Shown: positions 1 through 9,855 of the stretch, piece after piece
How positions within the stretch are numbered: position 1 is the first letter of the stretch
Layout: every line of letters begins with the position of its first letter
Source: Actinomycetota bacterium
Lineage (GTDB): Bacteria; Actinomycetota; UBA4738
Assembly: GCA_046726275.1 (NCBI GenBank)
Contig: JBKPAF010000035.1
Span: 30,391-94,390 of the forward strand
Length of the DNA: 64,000 bases
Direction: 5' to 3'
Notes under the pieces: generated by a model
Seen by the model: only the letters and a program-made list of their open reading frames with translations
Databases searched by the model: none
What the model was told of the DNA's origin: nothing
Made by a program: the position numbers and the translations under genes

Positions 1-2
1 AT

Positions 3-2282
3 ATGAACAGGCTCGGGTCCTTCGGCCGTGTGCTGGCGATCGCCATCGCCGCGCTCGCAGTCCCCGTCCCCGCGGGTGTTCCTCCCGCCAATCGTCCGCC
101 CCTGCCCGGTTTCGCCCATTGGTTCGATACGTGGACCGGCTACGAGTCCGGCCGCTTCCTTCGGGCAGTCGCTTCCGCGGATTTCAACGCCGACGGATAC
201 GTCGATGTGGCCTGGGCGAGGAACGACTTCTTCAACAATGCCATGAACGTGCAGCTCAACCTGGGCAGGGGGACGATGGGGCAGTCGACGGCCTATCCGT
301 CTCGTTCCCAGTCCAACGACATCGCGGTCGGCAACCTGGATGGTGATACCGATGCCGATCTCGTAGTGGTCAGCCAGGGCGACGACCTCGCCAACACCGT
401 CATCGATCTGTACATCAACAACGGCGGGAGCTTCGTCCGGAGGACCACGGTCGGAGGACTCGGCCCGACCAAGGTCGTCCTCAGCGACCTGGATGGGGAT
501 TCAGACCTCGATCTCGTCACCTCGAACTACTGGAGTGCCGGCGGCACCATCAGCGTGCTGTTCAACACGGGTGGCGGAACCTTCGGCCCACAGACTCAGT
601 ATCCCGTGGGATTCCGCCCCAACGGCCTGGCCGCGCTGGACCTGGAAGGCGACGGGGATCGCGATCTGGCCGTGGCCAGGCGGGATGGCCCAAGCGCCAA
701 GATCCACCTCTTCCTCAACAACGGCGCTGGAGCCTTCTCACCTGCCCCCGCCGTGACTTTGAACGTTCCGGCCGATGATCCCGTCCTGGTCTCCGGCGAC
801 TGGGACCGGGACGGCGACCGGGACCTGGCAGCCGCTGGGGGCGGCACCGACCAGGTCGTGGTCCTCTTGAATCAGGGGATCGGAAACTTCACTCAGCATC
901 CGCACGAGGCGGGATTCTCTTCCTACAACCTGCGAGCTGGCGACGTGGACGCGGACGGCGACCTCGATCTGGTGAGCGCGACTCCCGGAGACGAGGTCAG
1001 CAGCGTGACCATGCTCCGGAACGCAGGGAACGGCCTGTTCGGTGCGCCCGTACGCATCGAATCCGGCAACCAGCCCCAGGATGCCATCGTCGCGGACTTC
1101 AACCGCGACGGCCTCCCGGATCTCGCGGTGGCGAACCGGGTCACCGACACCGGCGCGATCCATCCCCAACGGCCCGACGGTTCCTTCGCCAACGCCACGC
1201 TCTTCGACAACGACTCCTTCCTCCCTCTGGCGGTGGCCAGTGCGGACTTCGACGGCGACGGCGACGTGGACATGGCCGAGTCGGGCGCCGAGGTCCACGT
1301 GATGAAGAACCAGGGGAGTGGGAGCTTCGTCCTGTCGAGTACCATCCCTTCGGGCGGAGGGCTGGTGCACGGGATCACGGCCTCGGACCTGAACGGGGAC
1401 GGAAAGCCGGATCTCCTGTGGGCGCCCGACGCCGAGCCCCACCCCTACGTCTACACGCTCAACAACGGCGACGGATCCTTCGGCCCAATCGTCGTGAGGA
1501 ACATCCAGACCTGCGGGACGGGAGATGCCACGACCGCGGACGTGGACGACGACGGCGACCAGGATGTCCTCGTGGCCAACAACCGCAGCGCTCCGAGCGA
1601 ATTCTGCGAGCGGATAAGTCGCACCGTCCGGGTGGCGCTGAACGACGGCGACGCCAACTTCGCGCCCGACTACGGGGTTGAGGTCTTCCCGACTCCCCAG
1701 ATGGCGATCGGGGCGGATCTCGACGAGGACGGACGCACTGACCTGATCGCGACTTCGGAGCAGATCTCGGTCGCCCGAGGCCTGGGCGGTGGCCAGTTCG
1801 CCGTGCACGTGGACTTCGATGCTCGGGGGACGGAACTCATGTCGGCCGATCCGGACGAGGACGCTGACGTCGACGTGCTGACATCGGATGGGAGCACGGC
1901 CACGGCATACGTGCTGCTCAACGACGGGAGCGGCGATCTCTCACAGATCACGGCCTATCCGGGCGAGGAGATCTCAGGTATGGCGAACAGCTTCGCGGTG
2001 ATCGCTGCCGACCTGGACCAGACCGGAACGCTGGACCTGGTCGTGGCCAACCCGTCGGGCAACAACGTCGCTGTTCACCTCGGGCATGGGGATGGCACGT
2101 TCGAAGCGGTGCAGATCCGGTTCGGTACCCATGGCTGCATGACCGATGTGAACGCCGCCGACTACAACCGGGACGGGCGGATGGATCTGGGGGGACCGGC
2201 GTGCGTGGGAAGCTCTTTCGTGACCCCTCGGGGCGTACAGGTACTCCTCAACCGACGGATCCCCGGACGATTGGGGAAGTGA
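3..2282 (+). CDS. Secreted FG-GAP/VCBS (integrin-alpha-like beta-propeller) repeat protein
   Basis: N-terminal signal peptide (MNRLGSFGRVLAIAIAALAVPVPA). More than ten repeats of the Ca-binding pattern DxDGDGxxDL / ADFNxDGxxD, each preceded by an FG-like pair. Confidence 0.8.
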   Translation: MNRLGSFGRVLAIAIAALAVPVPAGVPPANRPPLPGFAHWFDTWTGYESGRFLRAVASADFNADGYVDVAWARNDFFNNAMNVQLNLGRGTMGQSTAYPSRSQSNDIAVGNLDGDTDADLVVVSQGDDLANTVIDLYINNGGSFVRRTTVGGLGPTKVVLSDLDGDSDLDLVTSNYWSAGGTISVLFNTGGGTFGPQTQYPVGFRPNGLAALDLEGDGDRDLAVARRDGPSAKIHLFLNNGAGAFSPAPAVTLNVPADDPVLVSGDWDRDGDRDLAAAGGGTDQVVVLLNQGIGNFTQHPHEAGFSSYNLRAGDVDADGDLDLVSATPGDEVSSVTMLRNAGNGLFGAPVRIESGNQPQDAIVADFNRDGLPDLAVANRVTDTGAIHPQRPDGSFANATLFDNDSFLPLAVASADFDGDGDVDMAESGAEVHVMKNQGSGSFVLSSTIPSGGGLVHGITASDLNGDGKPDLLWAPDAEPHPYVYTLNNGDGSFGPIVVRNIQTCGTGDATTADVDDDGDQDVLVANNRSAPSEFCERISRTVRVALNDGDANFAPDYGVEVFPTPQMAIGADLDEDGRTDLIATSEQISVARGLGGGQFAVHVDFDARGTELMSADPDEDADVDVLTSDGSTATAYVLLNDGSGDLSQITAYPGEEISGMANSFAVIAADLDQTGTLDLVVANPSGNNVAVHLGHGDGTFEAVQIRFGTHGCMTDVNAADYNRDGRMDLGGPACVGSSFVTPRGVQVLLNRRIPGRLGK

Positions 2283-2308
2283 CGGGCCTGGCCCGCGGTT
2301 TAGGCGGG

Positions 2309-4990
2309 TCAGGGTAGCGAGATCGGCGAGGGCCTGTCGGGTTCGATCCCGTACCGCTTGATGGCGTCGGCCACCTTCTCCGGCTTCAGCTCGCCCATGT
2401 CCGCCAGGGCCGACAGCGTGGCCAGGACGATGTGTTCCGCGTCGATCTCGAAGAACCGGCGAAGCTCCTCTCGGGTGTCGGATCGACCGAACCCGTCAGT
2501 GCCCAGCGACACGAATGGCTGGTGGATCCACCGGGCGACCTGGTCCGGCACGGACTTCATGGAGTCGCTGACGGCGACGACCGGACCCTCGTGGCCGTTC
2601 AGGAGCTCGGTAACGTACGCCTCGCGCTTCGGCTTCCCGGGGTGGAGCCGGTTCCATCGCTCGGCCTCCAGGGCGTCGGCGCGAAGCTGCTGGTAGGAGG
2701 TGGCGCTCCACACCGCGGCCGACACGTCCCACTGCTCGGCCAGGATCTCCTGCGCCCGAAGGGCCTGAACCACCATGGGCCCGGAACCGAAGATCTGTGC
2801 CTGATGGCGCCGCTCGCCGGTGCCCTCGCTGAAGCGGTACAGGCCGCGGACGATGCCCTGCTCGATGCCCGCCGGCATCGGTGGCTGCGGGTAGTTCTCG
2901 TTGTACAGCGCGAGGTAGTAGATGACGTCTCTGTGGTCGCCGTACATGCGCTTCAGCCCGTCCTTGACGATGCTCGCGACCTCGTAGGCGAACGCGGGGT
3001 CGTAGGCGAGACATGCCGGGTTGGTCGAGGCCAGGAGAAGGGAGTGTCCGTCCTGGTGCTGGAGGCCCTCGCCGTTCAGAGTGGTCCGCCCGTGGGTCGC
3101 CCCGAGGAGGAATCCCCGAGCGCGCTGGTCGGCCGCCGACCAGATCAGGTCGCCGATCCGCTGAAAACCGAACATCGAATAGAAGCTGAAGAACGGGACC
3201 ATCGGTTCCTCGTGCGACGCGTAGGACGTGCCGGCGGCGGTGAACGAGGCCATGGATCCCGCCTCGGTGATGCCCTCTTCCAGGATCTGCCCGTCCTTGG
3301 CCTCGACGTAGGCCAGCAGGTGGGCCGCGTCGACGGGCTCGTAGAGCTGTCCGTGCGGCGCATAGATCTTGAACTGGGGAAACAGCGACTCCATCCCGAA
3401 GGTCCGGGCCTCGTCGGGGATGATGGGGACGATCCGCTTGCCGACCGTCGGGTCCTTCATGAGATCGCGGAGCAGCCGGACGAAGGCCATCGTCGTGGAC
3501 ACCGGGAGCTTCGAGCCCTCGGCGAACGCCTCCCAGACCTCCTTCTTCGGCTGGCCCACGTCCTTCCGGGCGAATCGACGCTCGGGGATCACCCCGCCCA
3601 GGGCATCGCGCCGGGCCAGCATGTACCGGATCTCCTCGGAATCGGTTCCCGGGTGGTAATAGGGAGGCTCCCCGCTCTCCAGCTCCTTGTCGGGGATGGG
3701 AAGCTCCAGCCGGTCCTTGAAGACCTTCAGCTCCTCCACCGAGAGCTTCTTCATCTGGTGGGTGACGTTTCGAGCCTCGAACGCCCCGGGCAGCGCCCAC
3801 CCCTTGACCGTCTTGGCGAGGATCACCGTGGGCGCGCCGGTCAGCTCGACGGCCGTCGCGTAGGCCGCGTAGAGCTTGCGGTAGTCGTGCCCGCCTCGTC
3901 GGAGCCGTTGCAGATCCTCGTCCGACAAGTGGGCGACGAGCTCCTTCAGCCGCGGGTCCGGCCCGAAGAAGTGCTCGCGGATGTATGCCCCCGACTCCAC
4001 GGCATATTTCTGGAACTCCCCGTCGAGCGTGGTGTCCATCTTGTGGACGAGGATCCCGTCGGTGTCGCGGGCCAGGAGCTCGTCCCATTCGCGGCCCCAG
4101 ATCACCTTGATGACATGCCAGCCGGCCCCCCGGAAGATCGACTCGAGCTCTTGGATGATCTTGCCGTTGCCCCGGACCGGGCCGTCCAGGCGCTGGAGGT
4201 TGCAGTTGACCACGAAGATCAGGTTGTCCAGGCCCTCCCTGGCAGCGAGAGACAGTGCCGCCATGGACTCGGGCTCGTCCATCTCGCCGTCGCCCGGGAA
4301 GGCCCACACGCGTTGCTTCGAGGTGTCCTTGACCCCGCGGTTGTGGAGGTACCGGTTGAACCGGGCCTGGTAGATGGCCACCAGTGGGGAAAGGCCCATC
4401 GAGACGGTGGGGTACTCCCAGAACTCGGGCATGAGGCGCGGATGGGGGTAGGAGGAGAGACCGGGGTAGAGCGCCTCCTGACGGAACCGGTCGAGCTTGC
4501 CCGCGTCCCACCTCCCTTCGAGGAACGTCCGGGCGTACATGCCGGGCGCGGCGTGTCCCTGTACGTAGATGTGGTCCCCCCCGCCGGGAGACTTCCTGCC
4601 GCGAAAGAAGTGGTTGAAGCCCACCTCGTACAGCGAGGCCGCCGAGGCGTAGGTGGAGATGTGCCCGCCGATCCCCTCGAGGTGCTTGTTGGCCCTGGAC
4701 ACCATGACGGCCGCGTTCCACCGCACCAGCCGGCGGATGTGTCGCTCAAGATCCTCGTTCCCCGGGAAGTAGGGTTCCTCCTCCGGCGGGATGGTGTTGA
4801 TGTAGTGAGTCGAGACCATGGAGGGGACGCCGATGCGCCGGGATCGGGCGTGCTGGAGGATCCGGTGCATGAGGAAGGCTGCCCGGGCCGGAGAGGTCTC
4901 GATGAGGTCGTCGAGTGCCTGGATCCACTCGGCCGTCTCGTCCGGGTCGATGTCGGGCAGCTGGTCCTTGAACGCGTCGAACTCCCGCAC
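2309..4990 (-). CDS. aceE: Pyruvate dehydrogenase E1 component, homodimeric type
   Basis: 893 aa. N-terminus MREFDAFKDQLPDIDPDETAEWIQALDDL and the TPP-binding region are typical of AceE. Confidence 0.9.
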   Translation of the reverse strand: MREFDAFKDQLPDIDPDETAEWIQALDDLIETSPARAAFLMHRILQHARSRRIGVPSMVSTHYINTIPPEEEPYFPGNEDLERHIRRLVRWNAAVMVSRANKHLEGIGGHISTYASAASLYEVGFNHFFRGRKSPGGGDHIYVQGHAAPGMYARTFLEGRWDAGKLDRFRQEALYPGLSSYPHPRLMPEFWEYPTVSMGLSPLVAIYQARFNRYLHNRGVKDTSKQRVWAFPGDGEMDEPESMAALSLAAREGLDNLIFVVNCNLQRLDGPVRGNGKIIQELESIFRGAGWHVIKVIWGREWDELLARDTDGILVHKMDTTLDGEFQKYAVESGAYIREHFFGPDPRLKELVAHLSDEDLQRLRRGGHDYRKLYAAYATAVELTGAPTVILAKTVKGWALPGAFEARNVTHQMKKLSVEELKVFKDRLELPIPDKELESGEPPYYHPGTDSEEIRYMLARRDALGGVIPERRFARKDVGQPKKEVWEAFAEGSKLPVSTTMAFVRLLRDLMKDPTVGKRIVPIIPDEARTFGMESLFPQFKIYAPHGQLYEPVDAAHLLAYVEAKDGQILEEGITEAGSMASFTAAGTSYASHEEPMVPFFSFYSMFGFQRIGDLIWSAADQRARGFLLGATHGRTTLNGEGLQHQDGHSLLLASTNPACLAYDPAFAYEVASIVKDGLKRMYGDHRDVIYYLALYNENYPQPPMPAGIEQGIVRGLYRFSEGTGERRHQAQIFGSGPMVVQALRAQEILAEQWDVSAAVWSATSYQQLRADALEAERWNRLHPGKPKREAYVTELLNGHEGPVVAVSDSMKSVPDQVARWIHQPFVSLGTDGFGRSDTREELRRFFEIDAEHIVLATLSALADMGELKPEKVADAIKRYGIEPDRPSPISLP

Positions 4991-5101
4991 TCCCTACCTC
5001 CGCGCGCTTCTGCTCTCACAAGGCTAGGCCCTCTGGGGGGGATCGGCCAGCTAGCAAAGCGCCTGACAAGAGTTTCGGGCGGTTCGGGAGGCAGGTTCAG
5101 G

Positions 5102-5815
5102 TCAGGCCGGCAGGGACGCGAGGCTCGGGCTGCCCATCGCCGGGTCGGGAAGGGCGCGAGGCTGAAGCGACAGGTCGAAGACGTCCTCGAAGCGAGCCGC
5201 CACGACCGGCGCCATCTTCTCGATCGTGATGGGCCGTCCGGCCAGCTCGGAGAGCGACGTCACGCCCTGGTCGGTGAGTCCGCAGGGGACGATGGCGTCG
5301 TACCACGCCAGGTCCGTGGTGCAGTTGAGGGCGAACCCATGGAGCGTGACGCGGGCACGACTCACTCTCACCCCGATCGCGCAGACCTTGCTGTCGCCGG
5401 CCCAGACCCCCGCGTTCGCGGGATTCCTTCCGAGACCCGGTATCCCTGCGTCGGCTCCAGCCCAGATGACCACCTCTTCGAGCTTGCGAACGTAGGCCGC
5501 GACGTCCCTGCCGGGACCGAGGTCGACGATCGGATACCCGACCAGCTGTCCCGGCCCGTGGAAGGTGACGCTTCCGCCGCGATCCACTATGTGAAACTCG
5601 GCCCCGGCCGCCCGCATGGCGTCCTCCGCCCAGACGAGGTGGGTCGGGTCCCAGCGCTTTCCCGCCGTGTAGACCGGGGGGTGCTCGAGCAGGATCAGCG
5701 TGTCGGGGATCTCATCGCGGAACCTCCGCTCGGCCAGATCGTGCATCAGGTCATAGACCTGGCCGTAGGGCACCAGGCCGGCCGGCTCAATCAGCCAAGC
5801 TGATTCAGCTGCCAC
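5102..5815 (-). CDS. lipB: Lipoyl(octanoyl) transferase
   Basis: Motifs LILLEHPPVYTAGKR ... KVCAIGVRVSR match LipB. I moved the start to the GTG at 5815, which overlaps the E2 stop by 11 nt. The maximal ORF runs up to 5962. Confidence 0.75.
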   Translation of the reverse strand: MAAESAWLIEPAGLVPYGQVYDLMHDLAERRFRDEIPDTLILLEHPPVYTAGKRWDPTHLVWAEDAMRAAGAEFHIVDRGGSVTFHGPGQLVGYPIVDLGPGRDVAAYVRKLEEVVIWAGADAGIPGLGRNPANAGVWAGDSKVCAIGVRVSRARVTLHGFALNCTTDLAWYDAIVPCGLTDQGVTSLSELAGRPITIEKMAPVVAARFEDVFDLSLQPRALPDPAMGSPSLASLPA

Positions 5816-7241
5816 GAGCCGACAGGCCGACCTCAGGACCGAAGTCCCAGGTCTCGAGGTTCTGCTTGACGCGCCCCAGGAACTGCGCGGCCGTAGCGCC
5901 GTCGATGATCCGATGGTCCCAGGACATCGACAGGTACACCATGTGCCGGATGGCGATGGCATCGTCGATCACCACCGGCCGCTTCTCGATGGCGTCGAAG
6001 GCCAGGATGGCGCACTGCGGCGGGTTGATGATCGGCACGCTGATGATCGACCCGAACGGTCCCGGGTTCGTGATGGTGAACGTTCCGCCCTGGACGTCGT
6101 CTGGGACGAGCTTCTTGTTCCTCGCCCGAGTGGCGATGTCGTTGATGGCCCGGGAGAGCCCGACGATGTTCATAGTGTCGGCGCCCTTCACCACCGGGAC
6201 GATCAGGCCGTCCTCCAGAGCGACCGCGATCCCCAGGTTCACGTAGTGCTTCCGGACGAGCTGGTCTTCTCTGAGCTCTGAGTTCACGTCGGGGAAGGCC
6301 AGCAACGCCTCGCACACGGCCCGGGCGACGAACGGCGTGAAGGTGAGGTTCATCCCCTCGCGTTGGCGAAAGGACTCCTTCGCTGCCTCTCGGGTTCGGT
6401 AGACGCTCTCCATGTTGACGTCGACCAGGTTCCAGGCCCGGGCTGTGGTCTGCATGGAGGCGACCATGTTGCGGGCGATGGCCTGTCGCATCCGGCTGAG
6501 CGGGATCGCTTCCTCTCTGGCCTCCGCGGCGCTGCGAGGGGCGGGTGCGGCCTCACGGGTGGGCGCGGGCTGAGGCACGGCCTCCAGGCGGGCGGCCGCC
6601 GGCGGACGCGCGGGTTCGCCTCCGCCTGACTCGAGGTACGCCATCACGTCCTTCTTGGTGATGCGACCCCCCGTTCCCGACCCCGATACCTGGGCGAGGT
6701 CGATCTGGTTCTCCTCCGCGAGCCGCCGAACGAGGGGAGAGAGGATCTGGCTTCGAGGGCCACCGCCGGAAGCCTCGGCCGCAGCGCGGGCTGGAGCCCG
6801 GGCCTCCGTCTCTTCTGCCGGCCCGCGGGCGGGCTCCTCCTTGGCGGGCTCTGCCCGGGGTCGTTGCTCGTCCGGCTTGGGCTCCTGGCTCTCCTTCTGT
6901 TCGGCTTCCTCGGCCGCGCGTTCCGCTTCCTCCGGCTCGTCCTCGGCCTTCGGAACCGGCTCGGCTTCGGCCGCGGCCTTGGCGGGCGCGGCGCTTCCCT
7001 GGCCGTCGGTCTCGATCATGGCCAGCTCGGTCCCCACCTGGACGGTTTCCCCCTCCGGCACCTTGATCTCGACGAGCGTGCCCGCGATCGGCGAGGGGAC
7101 CTCGGTGTCCACCTTGTCCGTGGAGATCTCGAACAGGGGCTCGTCCCGTTCGATCTCCTCGCCCTCTTTCTTCAGCCACTTTGTGATCGTTCCCTCGACG
7201 ACGGTCTCGCCGAGCTGCGGCATGGTTACCGGGGTGGCCAC
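5805..7241 (-). CDS. Dihydrolipoamide acyltransferase (E2) of a 2-oxo-acid dehydrogenase complex
   Basis: Lipoyl domain (MPQLGETVVEGTITKWLKKEGEEIERDEPLFEISTDKVDTEVPSP). Ala/Pro/Glu-rich linkers. E3-binding domain (SPLVRRLAEENQIDLAQVSGSG). Catalytic domain with DHRIIDGA. Confidence 0.9.
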   Translation of the reverse strand: MATPVTMPQLGETVVEGTITKWLKKEGEEIERDEPLFEISTDKVDTEVPSPIAGTLVEIKVPEGETVQVGTELAMIETDGQGSAAPAKAAAEAEPVPKAEDEPEEAERAAEEAEQKESQEPKPDEQRPRAEPAKEEPARGPAEETEARAPARAAAEASGGGPRSQILSPLVRRLAEENQIDLAQVSGSGTGGRITKKDVMAYLESGGGEPARPPAAARLEAVPQPAPTREAAPAPRSAAEAREEAIPLSRMRQAIARNMVASMQTTARAWNLVDVNMESVYRTREAAKESFRQREGMNLTFTPFVARAVCEALLAFPDVNSELREDQLVRKHYVNLGIAVALEDGLIVPVVKGADTMNIVGLSRAINDIATRARNKKLVPDDVQGGTFTITNPGPFGSIISVPIINPPQCAILAFDAIEKRPVVIDDAIAIRHMVYLSMSWDHRIIDGATAAQFLGRVKQNLETWDFGPEVGLSARGS

Positions 7242-7271
7242 GTCATGACCTCCTTTTCGTCGACGGAACCC

Positions 7272-8654
7272 TCACATGGTGTGCAACGGCTTGCCCGTGA
7301 GCGAGAGGAAGGCCTCGCCGATTCCCTCGGACAGGGTCGGATGCGGATGGATCAACCGCGCAACGTCTTCCGGCCACGCTTCCCAGTTGTAGATGAGGGT
7401 GGCCTCGGCCACCAGCTCGGTGACGTGCGGCCCCACCATGTGAACGCCGAGCACGGGGCCGTCCTTCTCGGCCACCACCTTCACGATGCCTCCCTCGCCC
7501 ACGATGTTGGCCTTGGCCAGCACCTGGAAGTTGAACTTCGTGGTGACCACTTCGTGGCCCCGCTCCTTGGCCTGGGCTTCGGTCAGTCCAACCGAGGAGA
7601 TCTCCGGGGCGGAGAACGTGACCCGGGGGATCCCCGCGTAGTCGATCTCCGGGGCCTCCTGGCCGGCGATGCGCTCGGCCACGGCGATCCCCTCCAGGAA
7701 CGAGGAGTGGGCGAGCTGGAGGGGAGTTGCGGCGACGTCTCCTACCGCCCACACGTGGGGGGCCGCCGTTTGCAGCGCGGAGTCCACCTTGACGTAGCCC
7801 CGGTCGAGTTGGACCCCGGCCTCCTCGTATCCCAGCCCGTCACTGATCGGTCCGCGCCCCACGGCCACCAGGCAGAGCTCGGCGTTCACCGTCTGGGCAT
7901 CCTTCCCCTCGGCCTGGTAGGTAACCTCCACGTGGTCGCCGGCGTCCTTGACTTCCTGGACCTTCACCCCGGGAAAGGCGGCGATCCCGCGCTTCTTGAA
8001 GGCCCTGGCCGCCTCCTTCGAGATGTCCTCGTCCTCCAGCGGGGCGACGCGAGGGAGCGCCTCCAGGACGGTCACGTCGGTGCCGAACGCGTTGTACACG
8101 GTGGCGAACTCCAGGCCGATGGCCCCCGCCCCGATGATCACCATCGACTCGGGCACGTGATCGAGCACCAACGCCTGATCGCTCGTGATGACCCTCTCGG
8201 AGATCTCCATTCCGGGAAGCAGTCGCGGATACGAGCCCGTGGCGAGCACGACGTCGGGAGCGGAGACCGTTCGCCCATCGACCTCGACGGATGGGCCACC
8301 GGCGAGCTTCCCGGTGCCCTGGATAACGTCGATCTTTCGAGCCTTGATCAGCCCCGTCAGCCCGGAGACCTTCTTGTCCACGACGTGCTGCTCGGTCTCG
8401 ATGACCTTTCCCCAGTCGGCCTGGCCGGAGGCCTTGATGCCCCACTCCTCGGACCGGTTGATGTGATCCATGACCGAGGCGGATTCGAGCAGGGCCTTGG
8501 ATGGGATGCACCCGCGGAGCAGACAGGTGCCTCCCAGGCGGTCGGCCTTCTCGACCAGGGCGACCCTCTTCCCGAGGACGGCGGCCCGCAGAGCCGTGGC
8601 GTAACCGCCTGTCCCCGAGCCCAGCACGACCAGGTCGTAGGTGTCCTCCGGCAC
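7272..8654 (-). CDS. lpd: Dihydrolipoyl dehydrogenase (E3)
   Basis: FAD motif DLVVLGSGTGGY and redox disulfide GTCLLRGCIPSK. I chose the GTG at 8654, which has a GGAGAG RBS. The maximal ORF extends to 8771 and would overlap the divergent gcvT start. Confidence 0.85.
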   Translation of the reverse strand: MPEDTYDLVVLGSGTGGYATALRAAVLGKRVALVEKADRLGGTCLLRGCIPSKALLESASVMDHINRSEEWGIKASGQADWGKVIETEQHVVDKKVSGLTGLIKARKIDVIQGTGKLAGGPSVEVDGRTVSAPDVVLATGSYPRLLPGMEISERVITSDQALVLDHVPESMVIIGAGAIGLEFATVYNAFGTDVTVLEALPRVAPLEDEDISKEAARAFKKRGIAAFPGVKVQEVKDAGDHVEVTYQAEGKDAQTVNAELCLVAVGRGPISDGLGYEEAGVQLDRGYVKVDSALQTAAPHVWAVGDVAATPLQLAHSSFLEGIAVAERIAGQEAPEIDYAGIPRVTFSAPEISSVGLTEAQAKERGHEVVTTKFNFQVLAKANIVGEGGIVKVVAEKDGPVLGVHMVGPHVTELVAEATLIYNWEAWPEDVARLIHPHPTLSEGIGEAFLSLTGKPLHTM

Positions 8655-8760
8655 GGCGAATCCTTTCTCTCCCGTGAAACCGACGGCTCTCGCGTCGAAA
8701 TGAGCTCTCGGCGGCCGTACAGGCATACTACCGCCGGTGGAGATGACCGAATGATGGATC

Positions 8761-9854
8761 CCGATGGCCACACACTGCGGACTCCGTTGGAATCAGAGCA
8801 CCGATCGCTCGGTGCCCACATGGCGCCGTTCGCTGGCTGGCTCATGCCCATCGAGTACGCGGGCACCCTCGCCGAGCATCGGGCGGTTCGGGAGAAGGTC
8901 GGGCTGTTCGACCTGACCCATCTGGGCAAGGTGATGGTGGAGGGGAACGATGCTCTGAACCTCCTTCAGCGGGTGTTCACCAACGACCTCCCTCGTGTGG
9001 AGGTCGGTGGGGCGCAGTACAACATGCTGCTGAACGAGCGCGGAGGGATCGTCGACGACCTCATCGTCTACCGGATCGGTACTCACCGGTACCTGGTCGT
9101 CCCCAACGCGGCGAACACCGAGACGGTGCACCGGGTGCTGCTCGAACGAGCCGCTCCGGGGGTCGACGTGGTTCTTCGGGCAGACCTGTGCCTCCTGGCC
9201 CCGCAGGGTCCAAGCTCCTTCGATGTCTTGGCCGAGGTGTTCCCGGCTGCGACGTCACTGGAGTACATGCACGGTGAGGAGATGACCTATCGCGATCACC
9301 CGGTGGTCGTCTCCCGATCCGGCTACACGGGGGAACCGGGGTTCGAGCTGTTCGTTCCGGAGACCCTCGCGGTGGACCTCTGGCGCGAGCTGCTCCGGCT
9401 GGGCGGTCCGATGGGCATCCAGCCCATCGGACTCGGGGCCCGAGACACGCTGCGCCTGGAGATGGGGTACCCCCTGCACGGCAGCGACATCTCCGAGGAA
9501 CGGACGCCGCTCGAGGCCGGGCTCTCCTGGGCGGTGTCGTTCGACAAGGGCTTCATCGGACGGGAGGCGCTGGTCCGGCAGAAGGAGGAAGGGATTCCGT
9601 CCAGGCTGTGGGGCCTGAGGATGAAGGACCGGCCGATCCCGAGACCGCACTATCGCGTTCTCGTGGGCGACGAACAGGTGGGGGAGACCACCAGCGGGAC
9701 CTTCTCTCCCAGCCTGAAGGTGGGGATCGCGATGGCCTATCTCTCTCCGCGCGAACGCTTCAAGCCCGGCGATGAGGTCGAGGTGGATGTGCGCGGGAAG
9801 CGAGGAACGGCCGAGGTGGTAAAGCCGCCCTTCGTTCGGTCCTCCCCGAGGTAG
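8761..9854 (+). CDS. gcvT: Glycine cleavage system aminomethyltransferase T
   Basis: About 364 aa with GcvT-like sequence (FDLTHLGKVMVEGNDA ... SGYTGEPGFEL ... GLGARDTLRLEMGY). The long ORF 6864..9854 is an artefactual upstream extension. Confidence 0.9.
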
Positions 9855-9855
9855 C

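Noticed and set aside
738-1808. 356-aa minus-strand ORF antisense to the FG-GAP gene
   Set aside because: High-GC antisense artefact with no motifs.
2432-5803. 1123-aa plus-strand ORF antisense to aceE and lipB
   Set aside because: Low-complexity Arg/Gly/Asp-rich translation typical of antisense frames in 70% GC DNA. The opposite strand encodes well-conserved AceE and LipB.
6864-8760. 5' two-thirds of the 996-aa plus-strand ORF preceding gcvT
   Set aside because: It is antisense to E2 and lpd and has no recognisable domains. Only the GcvT part from the ATG at 8761 is credible.
8655-8760. Possible glycine riboswitch upstream of gcvT
   Set aside because: Only loose resemblance (ACCGACGG, CTCTC). 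The conserved GGAGAG...ACCGAAGGGGCAA...CUCUGGAGAG core is not present.
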